From the NCBI GenBank assembly GCA_041687495.1, contig JAWLBR010000002.1, positions 11,349 through 75,348 on the forward strand: a stretch of DNA of 64,000 nucleotides. Direction: 5' to 3'. Shown here piece by piece: positions 25,363-34,642 of the stretch. The notes under the pieces are model-generated. The model saw only the letters and a list, made by a program, of their open reading frames with translations, was not told the DNA's origin and ran no database searches. Each line of letters begins with the position of its first letter. Position 1 is the first letter of the stretch. Origin of the DNA: Limnochordia bacterium. Its GTDB lineage: Bacteria > Bacillota > Limnochordia > DTU087 > JAAYGB01. The position numbers and the translations under genes were made by a program.

Positions 25363-26775
25363 GTGTCCATAATTGCCACGAAGGTTCGACAGGCTGTCGC
25401 CGAGGTGGTGCAGGAGCTGTGGGCTACCACCATCACCGACAACTACACGAGGAGTAACTTTGCCTTGTATCCGGTTTTGCAAAAGGTGGGCATTAGGCCC
25501 ATGGTGGAGGCAAACTTGCGGGCGACCGATGGAGAGGTTCTGGACCGGCCCCTAGGCAGTCCTGTGGTTTTGTCGCCGTGGGAGAAGCTACTGCTCAGCC
25601 CGGTGCATCTTTGTCGCATGCCTATCGACGAAAAGTCGGAAATTACCACTGCGGCAGTAATCGGGCCCACGGCGCAGCGCCCGGTTAAGCTGGCGGTTCC
25701 CATCGCAATCTCAGGCATGTCTTGGGGCTCGGCGTTAAGTCTACCGGTAAAGGCAGCGCTGGCTAAGGCTGCATCTATGGTAGGAACGGCGACCAATACG
25801 GGAGAAGCACCGCTACTTCCCGAGGAGCGGCACGAGGCTAGGATTCTCATTGGGCAGTACTCCCGCGGCAAGCTCATTAGCAAACCTGAAGAGCTAAAGC
25901 AGCTGGACGCCATTGAGATTCAGCTGGGGCAGGGAGCGCAAGCTGCTGCACCCGTGTTTCAGCCCTCTCGGTTTATTGGAGAGGATATCCGAGCTTTCAC
26001 CAACTCTCCCGAAGGCAAGCCGTCGCGGATTCCGACTCGGATTAAGGGCGTCAGCAATCTGAGTGAGTTCTATCAGCTGGTCCGGGAGTTGAAACAATAT
26101 GGAGTTCCTGTGGGAGTCAAGTTTGCGGCTACCGACCATATGGAAGAGGAATTGGCCATTTTGGTAGAGGCCGGTGTCGACTACGTTGTAGTCGATGGCG
26201 CAGAGGCTGGAACCCACGCAGGGCCTACTATTTTGCAGGATGATATGGGTCTGCCCACCCTAATTGCCCTAGCCAGAACGGTGAACTTTCTAGAGGAGGA
26301 GGGTGTGCGGGGCCAAGTCAGTGTGATCGCTGCGGGAGGGTTAACTACGCCTGGCCACTTCTTGAAAGCGTTGGCTCTGGGTGCAGACGTCATTTACATC
26401 GGCACCATTGCCCTAATCGGCTTGCTGCATACCCAGCTGACCAAGGCCGTCCCGTTTGAGCCTCCCACGCAGCTGGAGCTGTACACCGGCAAGTTGAAAG
26501 ACAAACTGGATATCGACAAAGCCGCCGAGAATCTCGCAAACTTCATCCACTCATCAGTAGAGGAGATGAAGATGGCTTGCTACGCTCTGGGTAAGCCGTC
26601 CACCGCGGCAGTGGATCGCTCTGATCTGTGTACAGTAGATCGAGACTTGGCTCGATTGTGTCGGATTCGTTGGGCATACGATAGTAAACCTGCCAGGCCT
26701 CAGCCCGGTGATGCGCCGGGGTTCTACTCCGACTTCAAGCAGGATCTGCAGTCCGCTCCCGACTATATGCACTAG
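25363..26775 (+). CDS. Glutamate synthase-related FMN-dependent oxidoreductase (stand-alone GltB domain-2-like protein)
   Basis: GTG start with an AAAAAGGAGAGG RBS. It carries the ISGMSWGSALS motif (the GxMSxGxxS signature of glutamate synthase FMN domains) and a TIM-barrel pattern with VVVDGAEAGTHAG. Confidence 0.7.
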   Translation: MSIIATKVRQAVAEVVQELWATTITDNYTRSNFALYPVLQKVGIRPMVEANLRATDGEVLDRPLGSPVVLSPWEKLLLSPVHLCRMPIDEKSEITTAAVIGPTAQRPVKLAVPIAISGMSWGSALSLPVKAALAKAASMVGTATNTGEAPLLPEERHEARILIGQYSRGKLISKPEELKQLDAIEIQLGQGAQAAAPVFQPSRFIGEDIRAFTNSPEGKPSRIPTRIKGVSNLSEFYQLVRELKQYGVPVGVKFAATDHMEEELAILVEAGVDYVVVDGAEAGTHAGPTILQDDMGLPTLIALARTVNFLEEEGVRGQVSVIAAGGLTTPGHFLKALALGADVIYIGTIALIGLLHTQLTKAVPFEPPTQLELYTGKLKDKLDIDKAAENLANFIHSSVEEMKMACYALGKPSTAAVDRSDLCTVDRDLARLCRIRWAYDSKPARPQPGDAPGFYSDFKQDLQSAPDYMH

Positions 26776-26963
26776 TTGGACAAACCAGGGTAGTGCCCGG
26801 AGGGTCATGTGCGACCATATCCGGGCTTTCTTCGCGTCCGCACGCTCTGCACGGCTGCGGTTGGTGAAGTATACACCATACTTGGTAGAATACGGGAGGA
26901 ATCTGACATATACTTAACAAAAGTCAAGGGGTACAGAGTTGAGGGTGAAAGGAGACAGTACTT

Positions 26964-27743
26964 ATGCCCAACTCAAAGGCAGAACTGCTCGATGAGAAGA
27001 GCCGATCCACTGGGGCTCCGATCATCAGTTTTCGCGATGTAAATAAATGGTTTGGAGACCTGCACGTTCTCAAAGACATCAATGAGGATGTACTCACTGG
27101 CGAAGTAGTCGTAATCATTGGGCCCAGTGGTTCAGGTAAGAGCACTATGCTTCGCTGCATCAATCGTTTGGAGACGATCCAGCAAGGCAAACTGGTGGTG
27201 GACGGCCACAGTATTCATGATCCAAAGGTGAACGTGACCCCGGTTCGAGCTGAGATTGGAATGGTCTTTCAGCATTTTCACCTCTACCCGCACATGACCG
27301 TACTTGAAAACATCATCTTGGCTCCGTGCCGAGTCAGAAAGATGCCTCGAGGAGAAGCCGAAAAAATTGCTCAAGAGCTTTTGGAGAAGGTCGGTATACC
27401 AGAAAAGGCTAACTCCTATCCAGCGCAACTCTCGGGCGGCCAGCAACAGCGGGTAGCCATAGCCAGAGGTCTAGCGATGCGCCCCAAGATCATGTTGTTT
27501 GACGAGCCGACCTCGGCCTTGGATCCAGAGATGATCAAAGAGGTCTTGGACGTCATGAAGACCTTGGCTAAAGAGGGTATGACCATGGTTGTGGTCACCC
27601 ATGAGATGGGCTTTGCCAGGGAAGTGGCTGATAAGGTACTGTTCATGGATGGTGGGAACATTGTTGAAAGAGGTACTCCAGAACACTTCTTTACTAACCC
27701 GGTGGAAGAACGGACCAAGGCATTTTTGCGCCAGATCCTTTAG
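26964..27743 (+). CDS. Polar amino-acid ABC transporter ATP-binding protein (GlnQ-like)
   Basis: Walker A (GPSGSGKST), ABC signature ([13 protein letters not shown]) and Walker B ([11 protein letters not shown]). Confidence 0.9.
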   Translation: MPNSKAELLDEKSRSTGAPIISFRDVNKWFGDLHVLKDINEDVLTGEVVVIIGPSGSGKSTMLRCINRLETIQQGKLVVDGHSIHDPKVNVTPVRAEIGMVFQHFHLYPHMTVLENIILAPCRVRKMPRGEAEKIAQELLEKVGIPEKANSYPAQLSGGQQQRVAIARGLAMRPKIMLFDEPTSALDPEMIKEVLDVMKTLAKEGMTMVVVTHEMGFAREVADKVLFMDGGNIVERGTPEHFFTNPVEERTKAFLRQIL

Positions 27744-27843
27744 TGATGGGTTCGCATCACAGGGAGAACGGCGCAGAAGTGGTGCGGGTAATGACTGGCG
27801 TTAAGGCCTCGAGCCTAGCAATAATAGCCCAGGAGGGAAAGAG

Positions 27844-28659
27844 ATGAGACTAACACAGAGATTGACGGTTTTTGCCCTAGTACTGACTTTGGTGCTGAGT
27901 TTGGGTTCGGCAGCATTTGCTGAAAACACCCTAGAAAAAGTGAAGGCCAATGGTGTTTTGGTAGCCGGCGTCAAGTTCGATGCTCCGCCGTTTGGCTATG
28001 TGGATGAAAGCGGGAGCGTGGTCGGGTTTGACATCGACGTTACCAAGTACATTGCAGATTTCATCGGCGTTGACGTGGAAATGAAACAGGTAACTTCCAA
28101 AACCAGAATTCCTATGCTCCAAGAAGGTACCGTAGACATGTTGGTCGCTACCATGACCCACAACAAGCAGCGGGAAGAGGCCATTGACTTTAGTATCACC
28201 TACTTCTTCACTGGGCAGAAGCTGCTGGTCAAAGAGGGCAGCAATATCGAAAGTGCCGCGGACTTAGCCGGGAAGACCGTCTCTACCATCCAGGGTTCTA
28301 CGAGTGAGCTAAATATTAAGAGAGCTCAACCGGCGGCTCGGGTGCTGACCTTCCAAGAGTATCCACAAGCATTCCTGGCGCTGCGGCAGGGTAAAGCTCA
28401 AGCAATGACAACCGACGCCAGTATCTTGGCTGGGTTTGCCGGTCAATACCCAGGCTTCAAGATTGTTGGCCCCAACATCGCTCCAGAACCATACGGGATC
28501 GGAGTGCGGGAGTTTGACTCTGACTTCCGAGATGCCGTCAACTTGGCTATCATGGACATGTGGGAGACTGGGTACTACCAAGAGGTTTACGAGAAGTGGT
28601 TCGGCCCTGACACTAAGTACCCAATTCCGCTGGGCGGAGAGGTCGAAATCTGGCCGTAG
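27844..28659 (+). CDS. Amino-acid ABC transporter substrate-binding protein (SBP family 3)
   Basis: Signal peptide plus the periplasmic binding fold typical of the Gln/Glu/Arg/His binders. Confidence 0.85.
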   Translation: MRLTQRLTVFALVLTLVLSLGSAAFAENTLEKVKANGVLVAGVKFDAPPFGYVDESGSVVGFDIDVTKYIADFIGVDVEMKQVTSKTRIPMLQEGTVDMLVATMTHNKQREEAIDFSITYFFTGQKLLVKEGSNIESAADLAGKTVSTIQGSTSELNIKRAQPAARVLTFQEYPQAFLALRQGKAQAMTTDASILAGFAGQYPGFKIVGPNIAPEPYGIGVREFDSDFRDAVNLAIMDMWETGYYQEVYEKWFGPDTKYPIPLGGEVEIWP

Positions 28660-28768
28660 GCTAGCTGACAACTAGCGGAGTGCGAGAAAGAAACGGTAGC
28701 AAACGGAGGAGAGCGGCGTAAAGCCGCTCTCCTGATTGAGGACATACGTACACTAAGGCGGGAAGTCT

Positions 28769-29473
28769 ATGAACTATGATTTCGATTGGGCGGTCTTGTG
28801 GGAATATCGAGGTCTGTTGCTGCAGGGCCTTGTGATTACGCTGCAGCTGTCCGTGGTTTCGGTTATCTTAAGTACGGTTTTTGGAGTCATATTTGGAATC
28901 ATGCGGTTATCCAAAAACGTGGTTGTACGAATGATCGCTTCGGCCTATGTCGAGTTCTTCTTAAACACTCCATTGATTATTCAGCTCTTTTTCTGGTATT
29001 TTGCTCTGCCGATGGTGTTTCCAGAATCCGTACAAGCATGGTTGTGGGCGCACAACTATGAGTTTGTCAGTGGTGTCATTGGACTGACAATTTACACCAG
29101 TACTTTTATTGCCGAGGCCGTAAGAGCTGGGATCCAGTCCATCAGCCACGGTCAGACGGAAGCAGCGCTGTCCAGTGGGCTAACGGGATTTCAGACCTTG
29201 TGGTATGTGATCTTGCCTCAGGCAGTCAAAGTAGTAATCCCACCGATCTGTAATCAGTTTTTGAACCTAATCAAGAATTCGTCGTTGGCTATGACCATCG
29301 CTGTCCCGGAGCTAACTTATCAGGCCCAGGCGGTCGAGGCCTACACCTTCCGGGGCTTTGAAGCTTTTACGGCAGCTACGCTGATCTATATTGCCTTGAC
29401 CCTGACAGTGTCGCTGTTTATGAGTCGGCTGGAGCATTGGTCAGCAAAGGAACGTCAGGCCGCGGCAGCGTAG
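28769..29473 (+). CDS. Amino-acid ABC transporter permease (HisM/GlnP family)
   Basis: Polytopic membrane protein with the EAA-like loop (TIYTSTFIAEAVRAGIQSI). Confidence 0.85.
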   Translation: MNYDFDWAVLWEYRGLLLQGLVITLQLSVVSVILSTVFGVIFGIMRLSKNVVVRMIASAYVEFFLNTPLIIQLFFWYFALPMVFPESVQAWLWAHNYEFVSGVIGLTIYTSTFIAEAVRAGIQSISHGQTEAALSSGLTGFQTLWYVILPQAVKVVIPPICNQFLNLIKNSSLAMTIAVPELTYQAQAVEAYTFRGFEAFTAATLIYIALTLTVSLFMSRLEHWSAKERQAAAA

Positions 29474-29488
29474 GAAAGAGGTGGTTAG

Positions 29489-30205
29489 GTGTCTATTGAT
29501 GTGATAGTAAGGAACCTGCCGTATCTCATGGAAGGATTCAAGGTTACTTTGTACTTGGCGGCTATTTCTATCGTACTCAGCTTTTTCCTCGGTACTTTTC
29601 TGGGAATGGCCCGGATTGCCAAGAGCGCCCTCATCCGGATCCCAGCTACGGTGTATATCGAAGTTGTCCGGGGTACTCCCTTGATCATGGTCATTTTCTG
29701 GATCTTCTTTTTGCTTCCCATAGTTGTCGGGCATTCCATTGAGCCTTTTACCAGTGCGGTGGCTGCCTTTGTTATTTTCACCAGTGCCTACATCGCCGAG
29801 ATTGTCCGGGCCGGAATTCAGTCAATTCCCGCTGGGCAGGTGGAGGCAGCGTTATCCTCAGGACTAAACTATTGGCAGACAATGCGCCACGTAGTTCTTC
29901 CCCAGGCGATTACAAAGATGATCCCTCCCTTGGTGGGACAGTTCATCGCTCTATTTAAGGACACGTCGCTGGCTTACATTATTGGCGTGTTAGAGCTGAC
30001 CCGAAGAGCGACCATTGTCAACAACCGGGAGTTTCGGTCTTTTGAGATTTTCACTTGCGTTGCGCTTATTTACTTTGTCGTCTGTTACGGGATGTCCAGG
30101 TATGCAAAATTCTTAGAAAAACGCAGGCGGGTGGGTGAACGCACCGAGTCAGAGAAGAAAGTTGTACCGGAGCCAGAAATGCTGGTAGAAAATGCCCAGG
30201 CGTGA
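29489..30205 (+). CDS. Amino-acid ABC transporter permease, second subunit
   Basis: Paralogous to the preceding permease (SAYIAEIVRAGIQSIPAGQVEAA). Confidence 0.85.
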   Translation: MSIDVIVRNLPYLMEGFKVTLYLAAISIVLSFFLGTFLGMARIAKSALIRIPATVYIEVVRGTPLIMVIFWIFFLLPIVVGHSIEPFTSAVAAFVIFTSAYIAEIVRAGIQSIPAGQVEAALSSGLNYWQTMRHVVLPQAITKMIPPLVGQFIALFKDTSLAYIIGVLELTRRATIVNNREFRSFEIFTCVALIYFVVCYGMSRYAKFLEKRRRVGERTESEKKVVPEPEMLVENAQA

Positions 30206-30255
30206 TGGCGGGGTATGCAAAAGAAAAACATGGCAGTACACACAAGAACAAACAC

Positions 30256-30290
30256 AAAAACGGCCGGGCTAAGCCCGGCCGTTGGGTTTG
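30256..30290 (-). terminator. Rho-independent terminator for csp (also positioned 3' of the ABC permease on the plus strand)
   Basis: A perfect GGCCGGGCT-a-AGCCCGGCC hairpin. On the minus strand it is followed by UUUUUGUGUUUGUUCUUG. Confidence 0.65.
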
Positions 30291-30321
30291 TCGCAGTAAG
30301 TTTGCTCACCGCGAAATGTTG

Positions 30322-30531
30322 TTACCAGCCCACAGAAACGTTGCTTGCCTGGGGACCTTTTTGGCCTTGGGTCACTTCAAAAGAGACACGCTGGCCTTCC
30401 TCCAAGGTCTTGAAGCCATCGCCTTGAATGGATGAGAAATGCACAAACACATCTCCGGCGCCGTTCTCCCGCTCGATAAACCCGTAGCCCTTTTCACTGT
30501 TGAACCATTTCACGGTACCTTGCTCTTTCAT
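30322..30531 (-). CDS. csp: Cold-shock protein (CspA family)
   Basis: 69 aa with [15 protein letters not shown] and VFVHFS RNP motifs. Confidence 0.9.
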   Translation of the reverse strand: MKEQGTVKWFNSEKGYGFIERENGAGDVFVHFSSIQGDGFKTLEEGQRVSFEVTQGQKGPQASNVSVGW

Positions 30532-30820
30532 GGTAATCTGAAACTCCTCCTAAAATCCCTGGCTGTTTGTGCCAGGCTTGTGGTGATAGACTAACACACT
30601 GACCGGAAAAAGTCAAAGGAAATTTGGGAAAATTTCTGCACTAGTCCCAAAGAACCTAAGGCCAGTGGCCGTCATTTAAATAATGTCCAAGGAAGACCGG
30701 ATCCATAGCTACTTCTCTGCCAAGTCTAAAATGTGGCTGCCTGAGCAAAATGATCTTTCTGTCACTACCTAGGTGTTTTGTGGTATCATAGGTAGACATT
30801 GTGACAAATAGGAGGCGACC

Positions 30821-32176
30821 ATGCGAAGGATTTTTGGGAATCGAGCAATGACCAAGAGCATTTTCGTGCTGGCGGTGCCAGCGATTTTAGAGATGGCCCT
30901 AAACACTCTGGTGGGGATCGCGGATACGCTAATGATTAGCCGAATTATCGGCCAAGAGGGGTTAGCTGCAGTTGGCTTTGCCAATCAAGTGATATTCACC
31001 TTGATTTTCATTTTTTCATCTTTCAATGCCGGAGCCACCGCGATGATCGCCCGCAGCTTTGGTGAGCGGAATTTCGCACGACTGAACCGAATTGTGGGTC
31101 AGAACCTAACGCTGAATGCTCTAATTGGAATTAGCGTGTTGGTTGCTTCCTTGTTTTGGGCGCCGCATCTGCTTCAGGTCTTTGACATCACACCTCAGGT
31201 TGCTGACATGGGCACAGTGTACCTGCAGTACGCGTCCCTTAGCCAGCTATTCATGTTTATTTCCTTTGCCGGAGCTGCCAGTTTGAGGGGCGCGGGAAAC
31301 ACGAAAATCCCGATGTTGATCACTGCTACAGCCAATCTACTGAACATCATTGGGAACTACGCATTAATGACTGGGTGGGCATTCTTTCCCAACTTGGGTA
31401 TTGCCGGAGCAGCAATGTCAACGACATTTGCCAGGGGTGTGGCGGCGTTCCTGTATCTATATATTCTGGTTCATGGCAAATCGGGAATCAAACTCAGCTT
31501 CGCCGATCTAGGCCTATCTGCCGATATTCTGCGACCGTTGTGGCGATTCAGCTATGCTGCAGGATTAGAACAACTGTTTACCCAGTTGGCCTTTTTTGCT
31601 AATGGGATTATCATCTCGCTGTTGGATACTACATCTGAAGCGGCCTTTCGGATTCTTGTCAATATCGAATCGACATCCTTTATGCCGGCCGTAGGGATTA
31701 GCATCGCTACTGCTACGTTAGTTGGCAAAAAGCTGGGGGAGAACAAGGCGGAAGAGGCTCTAACGTTGGGCACCACGGCGGCGTCTTTGGGTATTGCCTG
31801 GGGAGTGATCATGGGAGCCGTGTTTATTTTGCTTCCTACCCAGCTGCTTAGGGTATTTACCAGTGAGCCAGAACTGATCGAGCAGTCTATCTATACCATG
31901 AGGCTTGCCGGGATTAACCAAGCGCCGTTGGCTTTTACCATCATCATGGGCGGAGCACTGCGGGGTGCCGGTGATACTCGAGGCGTAATGGTGATTACCT
32001 CTCTCCGGCTATGGCTGATGTTTGTACCGCTAACTTATCTCTTCGCGATCTCGCTGCAAACCAGTGTGGCAGGAGTCTGGTATTCCGAAATCCTGTCGCT
32101 GCTGGTGTTCTCTGTGGTGATTTTCCGCAGATTTGCAGCCATGAGGTGGGCGCAACTGAAAATGTTTGAGGCATAG
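30821..32176 (+). CDS. MATE-family multidrug/compound efflux transporter
   Basis: 451 aa with 12 TM segments and the MatE repeat pattern. RBS is AGGAGG. Confidence 0.85.
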   Translation: MRRIFGNRAMTKSIFVLAVPAILEMALNTLVGIADTLMISRIIGQEGLAAVGFANQVIFTLIFIFSSFNAGATAMIARSFGERNFARLNRIVGQNLTLNALIGISVLVASLFWAPHLLQVFDITPQVADMGTVYLQYASLSQLFMFISFAGAASLRGAGNTKIPMLITATANLLNIIGNYALMTGWAFFPNLGIAGAAMSTTFARGVAAFLYLYILVHGKSGIKLSFADLGLSADILRPLWRFSYAAGLEQLFTQLAFFANGIIISLLDTTSEAAFRILVNIESTSFMPAVGISIATATLVGKKLGENKAEEALTLGTTAASLGIAWGVIMGAVFILLPTQLLRVFTSEPELIEQSIYTMRLAGINQAPLAFTIIMGGALRGAGDTRGVMVITSLRLWLMFVPLTYLFAISLQTSVAGVWYSEILSLLVFSVVIFRRFAAMRWAQLKMFEA

Positions 32177-32224
32177 CGACAATGGTCAACATAGAAGCGC
32201 CCTGCCAGGGGCGCTTCTGTGTTT

Positions 32225-32518
32225 TTAGGCTTGCACGGCTATAATCGAATCTGCGTCTTGCAGAGCCATCTGTAGTTGCTCTTCGGGAGTGCCGAAGGGT
32301 TTGGACCAGCCTTGGTCAGCTATATAGGTCTGAATGGCCTCTAAGCTCAGCTGTGTTTCCTGCCCGAATGTCTTGTACATCCGCTTGAGATCCGGATTAC
32401 TTGCTGCCTGAGAAAGGGCGCAGAGCATGCTGGTCGCGGCGGCGCTGGCGTTCTGCAGCTGGCCTGCTATCACCTTGTCAGTGAGCGTTTTTGGTTTAGC
32501 TGGAGATAGAACCCCCAA
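32225..32518 (-). CDS. Small helical hypothetical protein (possibly DUF1657-like sporulation-associated family), paralogue A
   Basis: 97 aa. It is clearly paralogous to the adjacent 71-aa ORF (shared DKV...L..ASAA..ML..S.A...L pattern). The family assignment is tentative. Confidence 0.35.
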   Translation of the reverse strand: MGVLSPAKPKTLTDKVIAGQLQNASAAATSMLCALSQAASNPDLKRMYKTFGQETQLSLEAIQTYIADQGWSKPFGTPEEQLQMALQDADSIIAVQA

Positions 32519-32535
32519 TGTGTGTCGCCTCCTCG

Positions 32536-32751
32536 TTAACCGATGTTGTGGGATTTACAGAATTCTTGGCATCCTTTGATCTGACCCTCGGTGGCGGCGA
32601 TGGCGCCGTCTATCAACTTGCGCAGTCCATCGTCCTGAGCCAATCCTGCTGTCGATTGCAGCATCGCGAGACTAGCCGCAGATGAGCTAAGAAAAGCCGC
32701 TAGATCGACCTTGTCTTTTGCTGAAACTGGTGTCAACATAAATCCCTCCAA
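32536..32751 (-). CDS. Small helical hypothetical protein, paralogue B
   Basis: 71 aa tandem paralogue of 32225-32518. Confidence 0.35.
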   Translation of the reverse strand: MEGFMLTPVSAKDKVDLAAFLSSSAASLAMLQSTAGLAQDDGLRKLIDGAIAATEGQIKGCQEFCKSHNIG

Positions 32752-33008
32752 TTACAAATCAGGTAAGAGCGTAGAGATAGGTTGAATAACCTTGGTCCGA
32801 TTTTAAGTCTGCCCTTGATTGGTATTTTGTTGCGGCAGCCGCTATGGCACAATCTGGCGGTGTAGTCTGCCACAGCCTGTGATGGTTCGGCTGAGGGAGG
32901 GCAGCCCTATTGCTGCAAGATTAAGACCAGGCTCCTTTCCAACTTGGCAATTTGGGCCATATGCTGAGATTGCAAAAGTAGCCAGACAGTGGAGAGGAGA
33001 TGTGGCGC

Positions 33009-33362
33009 ATGTCCGATGGGTATAGTCGTGGTTACTACGGCGGTGCCGGTTATTACGGCGGTGGCGGTTACTACGGTGGTGGCGGTTACTACGGTGGTGG
33101 CGGTTCCTGCGGTATCGGAGGAGACTGGTATTCGCTCTTGTGTCGGCAGCTAAACGATAACGTCTTAGTTATCCTGACTTCGGGAGGTTCAACCAGCGCA
33201 GTCTCAGGTATTCTCACCCGGGTCTATCCTGACTACATCGTCTTAGTCACCGGCAACGTGATTCACGAGATTCCTATGCACAGAATTGCAGCTGTTTCTA
33301 AGTTTGCCGGCGGAGGTCCAGTTGCCCCTATATCTGGTAGGCGTGGCAAACACTCCTACTAA
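33009..33362 (+). CDS. Gly/Tyr-rich repeat protein (GYYGGG x4-5) with conserved C-terminal domain; spore-coat-like composition
   Basis: ATG at 33009 with a GGAGAGGAG RBS. N-terminal (G)YYGGGG repeats are encoded by an 18-bp DNA repeat at about 33040-33110. The C-terminal 70 aa form a beta-rich domain (LVILTSGG...DYIVLVTGNVIHEIP). Confidence 0.5.
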   Translation: MSDGYSRGYYGGAGYYGGGGYYGGGGYYGGGGSCGIGGDWYSLLCRQLNDNVLVILTSGGSTSAVSGILTRVYPDYIVLVTGNVIHEIPMHRIAAVSKFAGGGPVAPISGRRGKHSY

Positions 33363-33395
33363 GTGGTGCGTGACTGTACAGCCAAGACGACGAAA

Positions 33396-33425
33396 AAGCA
33401 GCCGTCCATCGTCGGGCGGCTGCTT
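33396..33425 (-). terminator. Hairpin terminator, bidirectional position between the GY-rich gene (+) and the DUF1861-like gene (-)
   Basis: A 9-bp stem (AAGCAGCCG / CGGCTGCTT). On the minus strand it is followed by UUUUUCG. Confidence 0.5.
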
Positions 33426-33486
33426 CTGATCCCGCTCACTTTTCTCTAGCAGATCGATTTTTCCTAGACAGATGACAAGAAATAGA

Positions 33487-34452
33487 TCAGGTACTATGAC
33501 TTCCCACCTTGATCTGTTCGTACTCCAAGAAGGGGTCGCAGATGGTTACACGATAAGCCTCAGCGTCGCTAATTCCCCCGTAGAAGGTTGTGTGCCCATC
33601 ACAGTGCCGGACTATACCACCGCTAAAGATCACATCCACAAGATCTGGTCTTTTGGCTGGGCCCGGTGGAAGTTGGCTTCGGGTTAGGATGATTTTCATC
33701 CCAGAGGCCAGTTTTTCTGAATTAGGATCAAAGGCGAAGGTCATAGGATAGTAGTGCCGGTTGCCGCCTTCATCGAAGCAGGCTATATGTCCAAGGACAC
33801 CGAGTAAGCCGTTGGCCAGTGGGTGGACCTCGTTTGCACCGCCCCATTCCTCAGGTACAAACTGTTCAAGTAGCTGCGCTGAGTTGATTGCTTCCGGACA
33901 CAGATTATCGAGGGAGTTAATCTTAGTAAATCCAATAGTACCCCGTCCCCCAATGGTTCCTTGCGGCCGTGCGAAAACACCAATATCGCCATTGGGCAGT
34001 TCCACCAGCCTAATATCCTTCATCCCATCAGGCCCGACGGCGAAAGGTTCCAGATCCTCCAGTGATCTACCCCGGTAAAAGCGGGTTCGCCACCCCAAGG
34101 CTCCCGGGCGCTGTGGATGCGGAAATGTCTCGACTCCGCCCATCACCAGCTCTCCCCTGATGCGGGTCACGAAAGGATCCTGCAGCCGGGGTTCAGGGAC
34201 ATGAGGCAGGGGGCTCCACCACCCATCTTCCTCAGCAAAGAAAACGACCCGGGAGACTTCGGATGATCTCGGCTCAACTCTTCCTCCAATGACGAGGCTT
34301 CTTCCATCGAGAAATGGTGCTGTGATGTTGTAAACGTCGTCAGTGCCAATTCCAGTAAACCGCAGTTTCTCCGGGCGGCACGGGGCGGGTCTATGCTTGA
34401 GCTCAGCTACAAGTTCTGCGCATGTTTGCCTCATTGCCATCATGACCTCCAA
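33487..34452 (-). CDS. DUF1861-like beta-propeller protein (putative glycoside-hydrolase-like fold)
   Basis: 321 aa with no signal peptide. Repeated GG...V/I blades resemble the GH43/GH130-like DUF1861 family. Assignment is tentative. Confidence 0.4.
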   Translation of the reverse strand: MEVMMAMRQTCAELVAELKHRPAPCRPEKLRFTGIGTDDVYNITAPFLDGRSLVIGGRVEPRSSEVSRVVFFAEEDGWWSPLPHVPEPRLQDPFVTRIRGELVMGGVETFPHPQRPGALGWRTRFYRGRSLEDLEPFAVGPDGMKDIRLVELPNGDIGVFARPQGTIGGRGTIGFTKINSLDNLCPEAINSAQLLEQFVPEEWGGANEVHPLANGLLGVLGHIACFDEGGNRHYYPMTFAFDPNSEKLASGMKIILTRSQLPPGPAKRPDLVDVIFSGGIVRHCDGHTTFYGGISDAEAYRVTICDPFLEYEQIKVGSHST

Positions 34453-34642
34453 CAGTATTAGCCAGTGTCAGTTAGTATTCATCGCTATCTTGACTACTTC
34501 GGTTACGATGTCTGCTCCCCTCTGATTTGGGTTATCTCTCTAGGTTTTGGCATCGTTGTTGTCGAAAAGTAGCAAAATACTGAGTAGGTGTTTGTCTTCT
34601 TGCTTGTCTAGCGGCGGGTATCTTGGCGAGGAGGTTCTAGTA

